Below, in pieces: positions 1 to 8,522 of a DNA stretch of 31,170 nt. The stretch is from an uncultured bacterium (GTDB taxonomy: Bacteria; Zixibacteria; MSB-5A5; JAABVY01; JAHJOQ01): contig CBDUQR010000034.1 in the NCBI GenBank assembly GCA_965369655.1, positions 1 through 31,170 on the forward strand, read 5' to 3'. Under the pieces are notes generated by a model. It was not told where the DNA came from. It did no database searches and saw only the letters and a program-made list of their open reading frames with translations. Every line of letters begins with the position of its first letter. Positions within the stretch are counted from its first letter, which is position 1. The translations under genes and the position numbers were made by a program.

Positions 1-246
1 ACTCGAAAGAGCATTATCAAACACTTCACCAACGTTCATGAAATGTTCGGGCTAAACCCTATCTGATCCTAATGTTGGCATTCCGGTCTGTCAAGCCGTT
101 TGATGATATCAGCGCGTCAGTCCGAGTCTGAGCCTCTTTTGCTGCCAGTAACTTGGCTAAATCCTCAAAGCTCCATAGTCCATCTATTGCACCAACCCAA
201 ATTAAATGCCTGAGCATTTTGGATATGTCAGTAGAGATATTTACAT

Positions 247-292
247 ATTACGGTAATTTGTTATTGACAGGAAAGAACAATTACTGTAATAT
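247..292 (+). promoter_or_regulatory. sigma70 promoter of higBA with two palindromic operator candidates
   Basis: TTGACA (264-269)-17 nt-TAATAT (287-292). ATTAC-N-GTAAT palindromes at 247-257 and 280-290; the second overlaps the spacer and -10. Confidence 0.75.
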
Positions 293-301
293 GCCGTTAC
301 A

Positions 302-605
302 ATGGATGTAGAGTTCAAAGATTCGGGCATGCAGCGCCTATTCACAGAGAGCGGGTATATTGGGAAATGGGCACCACAGATAGTCAACAAATACCGCGAG
401 GTGGTTACATTGCTCATGTCGATCAAGGATTCTGATAGTCTCTACAAGGGTTGGAAAGGTCTTCATTGTGAGAAGAGAAAGGACGGAAAGTACAAAGGAC
501 TATACTCTATATAGGCTCAACAAGCAATGGAGACTGTTTCTTGATATCAAGAAACGCGAAAAGGGTGAGACGGTAATCGTGTTGTACATAAGGGACCCTC
601 ATTAG
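302..605 (+). pseudogene. higB: HigB/RelE-ParE family toxin interrupted by a +1 frameshift at ~512
   Basis: Frame 302-514 ends ...KGLYSI*. The +1 frame from 513 reads RLNKQWRLFLDIKKREKGETVIVLYIRDPH* (TAG 603-605). Joined, they give the HigB-type YSIRLNxQWRL motif and a DxH end in a 101-aa protein upstream of higA. Confidence 0.85.
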
Positions 606-618
606 TGTGGGTGGTGTT

Positions 619-1755
619 ATGAGTCAGAAATTCGTATCAGACCCATTTCCGCCGGGTGTGTTCATCACACGAGAACTTGAAGCACGAGGATGGAAACAGG
701 TTGACTTAGCCCAGATAATGGGCACATCAAATCGTGTGGTTAATGAACTAATAAAGGGTAGGCGCAGAATTACCACGAAAACAGCACAGGAATTGGCGGA
801 CGCATTTGGAAGCCAGCCGGAGGAGTGGTTATCACTTCAGAATGCGTATGATCTGGCCTTGGATAGGCTTCCGGTTACTGATATCCGTAAGAGAAAATCA
901 AAGCTGTGGCATATTGCACCCATGAGAGAGATGCTCAATAGGGGGTGGCTTGCGGAAACTGAGAGTATTGATTTCCTTGAAGCACAGACGAAGCAGTTCT
1001 ACGGAACGGATGATCTTGAGAAACGTCAGGGTATTGCGTGGGCTGCAAGGAAATCAACTGATTATTCTGGAGTCAGTAGAGAACAGGAAGCATGGTTGCA
1101 GAGAACCTGGAATCTTGCTACGGCTGTTTCCGTATCGACAAAGTACAAGAAATCCTCGTTTGAATCACTTAGGGCAGATTTGCGCCGCTTACTGATGGAT
1201 ACTGAGGAAATTAGGCACGTACCTAAGGTGCTGTCCGAGTATGGGATCAGGTTTGTAGTGGTCGAACATTTGCCAAGCACTAAGATTGATGGCGTGTGCT
1301 TCTGGCTCGACAGCAACTCACCTGTGATCGCTATCTCTATGCGCTACAACCGCATCGATTGGTTCTGGTTTACGCTCACACATGAACTTGCGCATGTATA
1401 TTTTGGTCATGGTAAGAAAACACCTTCGTTGGACACCTTGCTTGTAGGAAAGGATGCACAACCAACTGACGAGAAGCCGGGTGAGGAGAAACAAGCGGAT
1501 CGGTTCGCTGAAGAGTTTCTGATAGAGAAGAAAGAGTTAGGTGGTTTTATATCCCGATCTATGGGTGCATTATACAATGTCGCAATAAGTGCATTCGCTG
1601 AGAGACTTGGGGTTCATGCTGGTATTGTGGTAGGGCGCCTCCACCACATGGGAAAGATACCGTACAGTAGGGGTAGAAATATGTTAGTACCGGTCAGAAA
1701 TATAGTTGTTGAATCAGCCTTGACCGATGGTTGGGGTTACACCTTGGAAATATGA
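619..1755 (+). CDS. higA: HigA-type Xre HTH antitoxin fused to an ImmA/IrrE (M78, DUF955) metallopeptidase
   Basis: N-terminal PPG..ELEARGWKQVDLA..GRRRIT..LADAFG..WLSLQNAYDL HigA signature. C-terminal FWFTLTHELAH zinc motif and EKQADRFA. ATG 619 preferred over GTG 607. Confidence 0.88.
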   Translation: MSQKFVSDPFPPGVFITRELEARGWKQVDLAQIMGTSNRVVNELIKGRRRITTKTAQELADAFGSQPEEWLSLQNAYDLALDRLPVTDIRKRKSKLWHIAPMREMLNRGWLAETESIDFLEAQTKQFYGTDDLEKRQGIAWAARKSTDYSGVSREQEAWLQRTWNLATAVSVSTKYKKSSFESLRADLRRLLMDTEEIRHVPKVLSEYGIRFVVVEHLPSTKIDGVCFWLDSNSPVIAISMRYNRIDWFWFTLTHELAHVYFGHGKKTPSLDTLLVGKDAQPTDEKPGEEKQADRFAEEFLIEKKELGGFISRSMGALYNVAISAFAERLGVHAGIVVGRLHHMGKIPYSRGRNMLVPVRNIVVESALTDGWGYTLEI

Positions 1756-1768
1756 AGGGGTTTGAACC

Positions 1769-2296
1769 ATGGAAAGTTACAAGAAGCAAATGCAGAATAT
1801 TGCCCGTAAGTACGAGGAGGCAACTGGCCACAAGACATACGCGGCTAATGAAGTGGCAAGGTGGGCAATTGAAAACGGATTGTGGAAGGCACAAGAGACA
1901 ATGCTGATTAAGCGATGTGCCGATGATTTATCTCGTGCGTTGCGTGAAGAGTATACAACCGATCCACAAGGTAGACGGGCGCGGAGTAAGCATATGGCCT
2001 TAATAAGCAAAGACGGTCAACAGATTCCAATATGGGCTGACATGCGGAATGCGCCTCGTGCTCACATGTTGACCGCATTCCATCAAAGGCGAAAACAGAT
2101 TGTAGGCGATTGTAAGCAGCTTAAGACTGATGTTGATAGTTACAATGACAACTACAATCTGGGTGAGTCGATACAACTCGTCTTGGATTTCACGGATGAT
2201 GTACGTGAGGCTGAGCTAATAGAAAAGGCGAAGAAGATTTCCGCCATCGAGCGTTCGCAGCCTTCTTCGCAATCTCGTGACGCTGTTCGGGCGTAA
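1769..2296 (+). CDS. hypothetical protein (175 aa), probably co-transcribed with higBA
   Basis: ATG preceded by AAGGGG, 13 nt after higA; globular-looking charged protein with no motif I can name. Confidence 0.7.
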   Translation: MESYKKQMQNIARKYEEATGHKTYAANEVARWAIENGLWKAQETMLIKRCADDLSRALREEYTTDPQGRRARSKHMALISKDGQQIPIWADMRNAPRAHMLTAFHQRRKQIVGDCKQLKTDVDSYNDNYNLGESIQLVLDFTDDVREAELIEKAKKISAIERSQPSSQSRDAVRA

Positions 2297-2489
2297 GTTC
2301 TTTTACCCGCGCCTTCCCGCCCTTGAGACCTCCGAGGCGACCAGCACGAACAGCTTTGCGGTCTTTATCCCCGGCGTCTGGCTCTGGCAGTGAATCCTCT
2401 GGGGGCTTGCTGTCGGTAGCGTCGTCCACAATGTCTTTCGCCAGAGTGTTGACATTGCGTGGGCGTTTCTTTTTCGAGCGGTCTGCCAT
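2190..2489 (-). CDS. small basic IS-associated protein (KRPR...GRLGGLKGGKAR...IAKKAANARW type, often labelled histone H1-like)
   Basis: MADRSKKKRPRNVNTLAKDIVDDAT...AGRLGGLKGGKARVKELTPEQRHEIAKKAANARW resembles a family I recall beside IS1/IS1595-type transposases. ATG at 2489. Confidence 0.75.
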   Translation of the reverse strand: MADRSKKKRPRNVNTLAKDIVDDATDSKPPEDSLPEPDAGDKDRKAVRAGRLGGLKGGKARVKELTPEQRHEIAKKAANARWRKSSSPFLLAQPHVHHP

Positions 2490-2547
2490 CAACCATTTTA
2501 TTCGCTCAAGCAGACGGATTGTCGAGGTTATTCTGAGTAAGCATATT

Positions 2548-2565
2548 ATAAACTGACCCACAACC
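2548..2565 (-). mobile_element. putative terminal inverted repeat of an IS1-family-like element carrying passenger genes
   Basis: Minus strand reads GGTTGTGGGTCAGTTTAT, resembling GGTAGTGGGTCAGTTTGA ends I recall for IS1-related elements. It sits at the boundary between accessory and housekeeping genes. The partner end and transposase are not in the window. Confidence 0.5.
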
Positions 2566-2640
2566 AATGATTCGGAGTGTATAACTTGAGTTTATCACAG
2601 AAGTTGATTTATGTGCACGGTTTGAAATCAAACTAAGAAC

Positions 2641-2669
2641 TGGACAAAAGGTCTCGCTGTTGCTATGAT
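2641..2669 (+). promoter_or_regulatory. sigma70 promoter upstream of the ccm operon
   Basis: TGGACA-17 nt-TATGAT with extended -10 (TGc). Confidence 0.6.
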
Positions 2670-2685
2670 ACCGATCGGTAGACGG

Positions 2686-2854
2686 AAGCATACGTTCCGG
2701 CAGTTCTTGCATCCGCCGTCGGTCGCTGATCCCGATCCCTGAGGGAAAGGCGGGTGTGTGAACTGCCGGTTAATGAAGACAATGCCGTGTGGCAATTAAT
2801 TGTATATCGCCAGGTCACATCGACGACTCTGTCGCCGCCAAGACCTGTCGAAAC
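2686..2854 (+). repeat. structured dispersed repeat, copy 1 (homologous to the reverse complement of 26455-26595)
   Basis: Shared blocks CGTTCCGGC, GTGTGAACTGCCGG, ATCGCCAGGTCACA, CGACGACTC, CGCCAAGACC, GTCGAAAC in the same order. Long stem CCGGCAGTTC (2697-2706) / GAACTGCCGG (2760-2769). Confidence 0.88.
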
Positions 2855-2878
2855 AATCTATGTGAGTATCATGCGTAT

Positions 2879-3550
2879 ATGACAAATGTCTTGAAAATCC
2901 TGTTGCTTCTCTATATGTCACTGGTGATCGTGTTGAGTTTTGTATACCCGCCGCCTTTGCCGGGACTCGACTGGGCTGACGCATCGCGGATATTCTATTT
3001 CCATGTACCGCAGGCATTGGTTTCGTTCGTCGCTTTTGCCCTCGCAATGGCTTACAGCATAATATATCTCAGGACAAAAAAAATTGAAGACGATGGGAGG
3101 GCTGCGCTCGCCGCCGAACTCGGTATGGTATTCTGTATTCTGGCGACGCTGTCCGGGGCAGTCTTTGCGCGGGTGGCATGGGGATCGTTCTGGAACTGGG
3201 ACCCGCGTGAGACGTCGATCCTGATACTCCTGGTAATCTACGGCGCCTATTTCGCACTTCGTCAGTCGATTGCCCAGCCGGAGAGGCGGGCGTCGTTCTC
3301 AGCGGTCTACTCGATTCTGGCATTTGCCACGGTGCCATTTCTCGGCTTCATTGTTCCACGCGCATACGAATCGCTTCACCCTGAGAACACGCTGGTATCG
3401 CAGGGCGGGATCAATCTCGACGGGTATGTGGCGTTCATTTTCTTTTCATCGATGCTCTGTTTTCTCTGTCTGTATATTTGGCTGTTTATCATCGGCAGCC
3501 GCGTTTTGAAACTGGAACAAAGACGGCTGGAGGAGAGTTATGTCGACTGA
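2879..3550 (+). CDS. ccmC: cytochrome c biogenesis heme-delivery protein CcmC
   Basis: WWD motif WGSFWNWDPRET, RIFYFHVP and SLHP histidines, ~6 TM segments. ATG 2879 chosen. Confidence 0.92.
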   Translation: MTNVLKILLLLYMSLVIVLSFVYPPPLPGLDWADASRIFYFHVPQALVSFVAFALAMAYSIIYLRTKKIEDDGRAALAAELGMVFCILATLSGAVFARVAWGSFWNWDPRETSILILLVIYGAYFALRQSIAQPERRASFSAVYSILAFATVPFLGFIVPRAYESLHPENTLVSQGGINLDGYVAFIFFSSMLCFLCLYIWLFIIGSRVLKLEQRRLEESYVD

Positions 3551-3656
3551 TTGGCAGAATATTGCGGTCATGGCCGTGACGCTGGCGATCTGGATCGGGG
3601 TATTCGTGATTGTATTCCGTCTCGACCGAAGGGTCAGGCGACTGGAGGAGGATTGA
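3540..3656 (+). CDS. ccmD: CcmD-family small membrane protein (38 aa; absent from ORF track)
   Basis: MSTDWQNIAVMAVTLAIWIGVFVIVFRLDRRVRRLEED*: one TM helix plus basic tail, GGAG RBS, located between ccmC and ccmE and overlapping both. Confidence 0.85.
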   Translation: MSTDWQNIAVMAVTLAIWIGVFVIVFRLDRRVRRLEED

Positions 3657-4018
3657 AACGCAAGTGGATCATCGGCGGAGCGATTGTCGTTGTCGCCGCC
3701 ATTTGGCTTATGAGTTCGTTCAACGAATCTCTCACAGCGTATGTTTCCTTCGACGAAGCTAAGCAGAAAGATCGCCGGGTGCAGGTAATCGGATCGATCA
3801 TCAGGGATGGTGTACGATACGACACCGACAGTCTCCAGCTTGTTTTCGATGTCGAGAATGATGACGGCCAGATCATGACAGTCGTCTATTCCGGTACGAT
3901 GCCGGGCAATTTCGATCAGGCGACCAAAATTGTCTGCAAGGGAAAATACACAGATGGTCGGTTTGTCGCCGACGAGCTTCTCCTGAAATGTCCCTCCAGG
4001 TATCAGGGTGAATCCTGA
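3653..4018 (+). CDS. ccmE: heme chaperone CcmE, CxxxY variant
   Basis: TTG start at 3653 after GGAGGA; N-terminal TM anchor; VVYSGTMPGNF...G.F.ADELLLKCPSRY. Confidence 0.9.
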   Translation: MKRKWIIGGAIVVVAAIWLMSSFNESLTAYVSFDEAKQKDRRVQVIGSIIRDGVRYDTDSLQLVFDVENDDGQIMTVVYSGTMPGNFDQATKIVCKGKYTDGRFVADELLLKCPSRYQGES

Positions 4019-4020
4019 CG

Positions 4021-6201
4021 ATGTTCTCCGGAAACCTGTTTCTTACGATGGCGTTCACTGCCTGCGTCGTCTCGACCGCCGGATATTTCCTCGGTGCGGT
4101 TGGGCGCAGTGGCTTCATATCGCTCGGACGACGAGCGTATATCGCTTTCGCCGGTCTCACAACTATACTGACAGCCATATTCCTGTATGAGCTGTTGACC
4201 CACAATTTCCAGATAGCATACGTTCACGATTACAGTTCGACCGACCTGTCGTTCTTCCTTCTGCTATCGACATTCTGGGCGGGGCAGGTTGGCACATTTC
4301 TGCTCTGGCTTTTCCTGACAGCCGTGATCGGATTGCTGATATACAAGCAGCGGGATACGCTGAACTCGACCGTGATGTTCTACTATCTCATAAGTGCGCT
4401 TTTCCTGCTGGTGCTGCTTTCGGTCAACTCGCCGTTCAAGCTCCTGCCGGTCATACCGGCTGAGGGGCGGGGCTTAAATCCACTGCTGCAAAATTTCTGG
4501 ATGATAATTCATCCGCCGATCGTGTTTGTCGGCTATGCTCTTTTCGCGGTACCGTTCGCGTACTCGATGGCGGCAATGACTAAGAACGATTATAAAGACT
4601 GGAACAAACGGGTGTTACCGTGGGCGCTGGTTTCGTCCGGGATTCTTGGGCTTGGTGTTTTTCTCGGCGGCTACTGGGCTTATGAAACTCTCGGGTGGGG
4701 CGGCTACTGGGGATGGGACCCGGTCGAGAATGCCTCGTTGATACCGTGGCTGACTAACCTTGCACTCGTGCACGGCCTGCTCGTTGAACGGAAATACGGG
4801 CAGCTTCGCAAGACAAATTTGATCCTGGCGGCATTCGGGTACCTGCTCGTGATGTATGGCACATTCCTGACCCGAAGCGGTGTGCTCGCAGATTTCTCTG
4901 TCCACTCGTTTACCGATCTTGGTTTGAACATCTATCTCGTGCTGTTCCTGGTCGGCGTACTCTTCGGAATATTTGCGCTTTTCGCATTGCGATTCAGGCA
5001 GATCAGGCCGAAGAAAAAGACCGATGATCCATGGTCGATTGATTTCCTGATGACGGTCGGTATGATCGTGACTACTCTCTTCGCTGTCCTGACACTGATC
5101 GGAACATCATCGCCGCTCATTACGCGACTGCCGATTTTCGATGCGACCGCCAATGTCGATATCAGTTACTACTACAGAATTGCGCTGCCTACCGGCGTTC
5201 TCATGGCACTGCTTGCCGGTCTCACGCCATTCCTTGCTACGAAGAAACCGACCGTGGGAGCTGTGCTCAGACGGTCGATACCGTCGATTGGGATCGCGAT
5301 ACTGGGAGCTGTCATTGGCGTGTTTCTTGGAGTGACTTCGATCAGGCACCTGATGGTTATTTTCTTAGCAGTCTTCGCAATCGCGGCCAACCTGCAGATG
5401 TTCGTCATGTTCCCGGCCAAACTCGGTCGCAAAATGGGCGGACATATCTCGCATATAGGGTTTGGCATACTCCTGATCGGGTTCATCGGTTCGACAGTGT
5501 TTGCGCGGAACGAGAAAGTTGTCCTGAAAATCGATGAGCCATCCGAGGCGTTGGGATATTCAGTCACCTATACCGGGCTTGAGAGAGGTCTGGAGCAAGT
5601 CAACAACTCAGTTTTTGTCGAGATCGAGAAGGACGGCGAGTCGGTGACTGCCGATCCGAGATTGTATTATGATTCGTACAATCGCGGCATCATGAAGAAG
5701 CCGTGGATTCAATCGCATCTGCTATTTGATCTGTATCTGTCGCCGGAGCAAATCGAGACAAGGCGTCCGGGTACGACGTTCTTTTTGACCAAAGGTGAGA
5801 CCTTCGACATGGATAATGTCAGCATTACTTTCGAGAATTTCGATATGTCGTCGCACGGCGAGCCGGGTTCGATCGAGGTTGGTGCGGTTCTTCTCATCGA
5901 GACTCCCGATGATTCGTTCACTGTCGTGCCGAAGCTATCTGTGCTCGCTGATGGCGGACGCGAAAGCGTTCCGGTGGAAATCGGCAGCGACGGTCTGGCT
6001 GTGTCGCTCGAGAGCGTCATGCCTGATCGCAGGATGGTCGAGTTGCGTGTCGCGGGACAGGACGAAACCGAAACAGATATCCTTGTCCTCGATGTCGCCA
6101 CCAAACCGCTTATCATGTTTGTCTGGCTCGGATCGATCATAATAGTCGTTGGTGCCTTGATTGCGACTTATCATCGCTATCGACTCTCCAAAGCTATCTG
6201 A
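4021..6201 (+). CDS. ccmF: cytochrome c heme lyase CcmF
   Basis: GLNPLLQ..IHPP, WAYETLGWGGYWGWDPVENAS and FLTRSG..SVHSF motifs; many TM helices. Confidence 0.95.
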   Translation: MFSGNLFLTMAFTACVVSTAGYFLGAVGRSGFISLGRRAYIAFAGLTTILTAIFLYELLTHNFQIAYVHDYSSTDLSFFLLLSTFWAGQVGTFLLWLFLTAVIGLLIYKQRDTLNSTVMFYYLISALFLLVLLSVNSPFKLLPVIPAEGRGLNPLLQNFWMIIHPPIVFVGYALFAVPFAYSMAAMTKNDYKDWNKRVLPWALVSSGILGLGVFLGGYWAYETLGWGGYWGWDPVENASLIPWLTNLALVHGLLVERKYGQLRKTNLILAAFGYLLVMYGTFLTRSGVLADFSVHSFTDLGLNIYLVLFLVGVLFGIFALFALRFRQIRPKKKTDDPWSIDFLMTVGMIVTTLFAVLTLIGTSSPLITRLPIFDATANVDISYYYRIALPTGVLMALLAGLTPFLATKKPTVGAVLRRSIPSIGIAILGAVIGVFLGVTSIRHLMVIFLAVFAIAANLQMFVMFPAKLGRKMGGHISHIGFGILLIGFIGSTVFARNEKVVLKIDEPSEALGYSVTYTGLERGLEQVNNSVFVEIEKDGESVTADPRLYYDSYNRGIMKKPWIQSHLLFDLYLSPEQIETRRPGTTFFLTKGETFDMDNVSITFENFDMSSHGEPGSIEVGAVLLIETPDDSFTVVPKLSVLADGGRESVPVEIGSDGLAVSLESVMPDRRMVELRVAGQDETETDILVLDVATKPLIMFVWLGSIIIVVGALIATYHRYRLSKAI

Positions 6202-6211
6202 ATCGTGTCGG

Positions 6212-6402
6212 GTAGGTCGAAATCTTTACCTGTCCTGAGCCTGCGAAGGGCGGTTTCGACAATTCACGCAAAGCGCGAAAAGAAAAAATGTCAAGTCTCT
6301 CCGCTCGCTTCGCGAACTCCGAGATTTGACCTACTCAACTTTTCCTCGATGGCAAAACCGCTCAAGGCAGAGTCCTGAGCTCGGCGGAGCGATTTTGCCC
6401 AC
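6212..6402. repeat. REP-like palindrome cluster
   Basis: Inverted pair GTAGGTCGAAATCT (6212) / AGATTTGACCTAC (ends 6334). Hairpin GGCAAAACCGCTC...GAGCGATTTTGCCCAC (6351-6402). Both contain a GTCCTGAG-N-CG(A/G)AG unit. Confidence 0.7.
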
Positions 6403-6594
6403 AAAACTCAAGGATTATGTTTTCCTGGCAGGCATTCCTGAATCACAAAAGGGGACAGAGTCGAGAATCTGTCACGGGACAATGTGGATTGGGAGTAACA
6501 AGGCTGAAGTTTCACTGTTCAAAGTCATAAAACGGATTGCACTTTTGCACCATAGACTTTATGATGAGCTGAAGAACTGTTGTACCTGAGGAAT

Positions 6595-7923
6595 ATGACT
6601 AACAGGAATAATGATACAACCGAAATCATCCTCGACTCTATAGCCGACGGAGTGTTTACTGTCGATCGCGAATGGCGAATCACCTCATTCAACCGCGCAG
6701 CTGAGGAGATTACCGGCATTCTCAGGGAGGAGGCTATCGGCCAACGGTGCTGTGACGTTTTCCATGCTTCAATCTGCGAAACAGACTGCGCACTCAGAGA
6801 GACGTTCAAAACTAATCAACCAGTAGTCAATCGCGCAGTTTATATCATTGATGCGGGTGGAGACAGAGTCCCAATCAGTATTTCAACTGCGGTTCTAAAG
6901 GACAAGAGAGGAAATGCTATAGGTGGCGTTGAGACGTTCAGGGATCTGAGCGCGATTGAGGAACTCAGACGGGCATTGGAAAAGAAATACTCCTTTCACG
7001 ACATCATAAGCAAAGACGCCGAAATGCTGAGAATCTTCGATGTTCTTCCCGCTATTGCCCAAAGCGACAGCACCGTTCTCATCGAAGGCGAAACCGGCAC
7101 CGGTAAAGAGCTGATCGCCCGTGCTCTTCACAGCCTTTCTCGTCGGAAGGACAAGCCAATCATAACTGTCAACTGTGGAGCACTTCCGGACACGCTGCTT
7201 GAATCGGAGCTATTTGGTTACAAGGCCGGAGCGTTTACCGATGCGCGCAAAGACAAACCGGGTCGCTTCGCAATGGCCGAAACCGGGACGATTTTTCTCG
7301 ACGAGATCGCTGATATTTCTCCTGCATTGCAGGTGCGACTGCTGCGGGTTATTCAGGAGCGAACCTATGAACCTCTGGGTGCCACGAAATCAGTTGAAGC
7401 GGATGTTCGCATTATTGCCGCTACGAACAAGGGTCTCGAAAGGCTTGTTAAATCAGGTAAGTTTCGGGAAGATCTCTATTATCGAATAAATGTAATTCGC
7501 ATCAAATTGCCGCCACTTCGAGAGCGCAAAGAAGATATTCCTCTGTTAGTTAATCATTTCATACGCCGTTTCAACAATCTCAAAAAGAAACTTGTGGCAG
7601 ATATTTCCCCTGTTGCAATGACGGTCCTGATAAGTTATGATTACCCGGGCAATATCAGAGAGCTGGAGAATATCATAGAGCATGCCTTCGTTCTCTGTCG
7701 AGGAACCATCATTGACATCGACAATCTGCCGGAGAGTATCAGACCCAAAGAGGTCAAACCTTTGACCCCATCGACTTCAATGGATGATCTTGAAGCTGCT
7801 TACATTCGCGAGGCGTTGAGAAGACACAATTGGAACAGGAAAAAGACGGCCGAAGAACTTGGAATGCATAAGACAACGCTCTGGCGAAAAATGAAAAAAC
7901 TCGGAATCCACCCTCCACGATAA
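6595..7923 (+). CDS. PAS-domain sigma54-dependent activator (OrpR-like)
   Basis: PAS domain with C-X8-C-X3-C (CCDVFHASICETDC), Walker A GETGTGKE, ESELFG-GAFTDA, FLDEI, FREDLYYR, PGNIREL, and a C-terminal Fis HTH. Confidence 0.92.
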   Translation: MTNRNNDTTEIILDSIADGVFTVDREWRITSFNRAAEEITGILREEAIGQRCCDVFHASICETDCALRETFKTNQPVVNRAVYIIDAGGDRVPISISTAVLKDKRGNAIGGVETFRDLSAIEELRRALEKKYSFHDIISKDAEMLRIFDVLPAIAQSDSTVLIEGETGTGKELIARALHSLSRRKDKPIITVNCGALPDTLLESELFGYKAGAFTDARKDKPGRFAMAETGTIFLDEIADISPALQVRLLRVIQERTYEPLGATKSVEADVRIIAATNKGLERLVKSGKFREDLYYRINVIRIKLPPLRERKEDIPLLVNHFIRRFNNLKKKLVADISPVAMTVLISYDYPGNIRELENIIEHAFVLCRGTIIDIDNLPESIRPKEVKPLTPSTSMDDLEAAYIREALRRHNWNRKKTAEELGMHKTTLWRKMKKLGIHPPR

Positions 7924-7925
7924 CA

Positions 7926-7973
7926 GTTGCATGAACGCAACCCTCGCCCGCACGATAGTTGCGGTTCTGCAAT
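7926..7973. promoter_or_regulatory. two putative enhancer (UAS) sites for the sigma54 activator
   Basis: GTTGC-N6-GCAAC (7926-7941) and GTTGC-N6-GCAAT (7958-7973), 32 bp apart and ~100-150 bp upstream of the -24/-12 promoter. Confidence 0.7.
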
Positions 7974-8071
7974 CATTTCTGCGTCTCCACCTCCAGCGGA
8001 CAGATGTCGTCCTGCATGTAAGTCACTGCGCATAAGCACGATAACGTTTCCTCGCATCGGCCTGAAGGATT

Positions 8072-8088
8072 CTGGCATCAATTATGCT
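8072..8088 (+). promoter_or_regulatory. sigma54 -24/-12 promoter
   Basis: CTGGCATCAATTATGCT: GG at 8074-8075 and GC at 8086-8087, canonical 12-nt offset. Confidence 0.85.
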
Positions 8089-8105
8089 TTACAATAGTCA
8101 CGGTT

Positions 8106-8522
8106 ATGAAAGTTGCAATTCCAATATGGGATGGGCGTATTTCGCCCGTTATGGACACAGCGTGTCGTCTGCTTCTGGTTGAGATCGTAGATGACTGTGA
8201 GGTCTCAAGAACAGTCGTGGATATTCCTCAAGTGAATATTCCCGACCGCGTGAGATTCCTCTCGGATCTCAGTGTTGATGTATTGATCTGCGGAGCCATA
8301 TCGCATCAGTTCGAGCGGATGCTCGCTGCCTCCGGGATAATGCCGAAGCCCTGGTTTCGCGGTGATGTTGACGAGGTTATTGCCGCCCATTCCGACGGGA
8401 TTCTGCAGAATGATAATTTCCTTCTACCTGGCGGCGGACGCCGACGCTGTCAGAGAAGAGGTCGATGTCGCGAACGTCGCCCGGGCTTTGGCCGGGGCAG
8501 AACATTTAGGGAGGAAAGATGA
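8106..8522 (+). CDS. NifB/NifX (MTH1175-like) family protein
   Basis: MKVAIPIWDGRISPVMD...VDVLICGAIS...G.V; Arg/Gly-rich tail. Confidence 0.85.
   Translation: MKVAIPIWDGRISPVMDTACRLLLVEIVDDCEVSRTVVDIPQVNIPDRVRFLSDLSVDVLICGAISHQFERMLAASGIMPKPWFRGDVDEVIAAHSDGILQNDNFLLPGGGRRRCQRRGRCRERRPGFGRGRTFREER

Noticed and set aside
1-66. Possible 3' end of an upstream gene (TRKSIIKHFTNVHEMFGLNPI*)
   Set aside because: Only 21 codons are visible, too short to support a call.
2697-2790. Possible hammerhead ribozyme, 6S RNA or riboswitch
   Set aside because: CTGAT..GAAA lacks the CUGANGA core, the outer 6S stem pairs poorly, no riboswitch consensus is recognised, and a second TIR-bounded copy explains it as a repeat.
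3551-3652. N-terminal extension of ccmE in the ORF track
   Set aside because: This interval encodes ccmD in another frame; the real start is TTG 3653.
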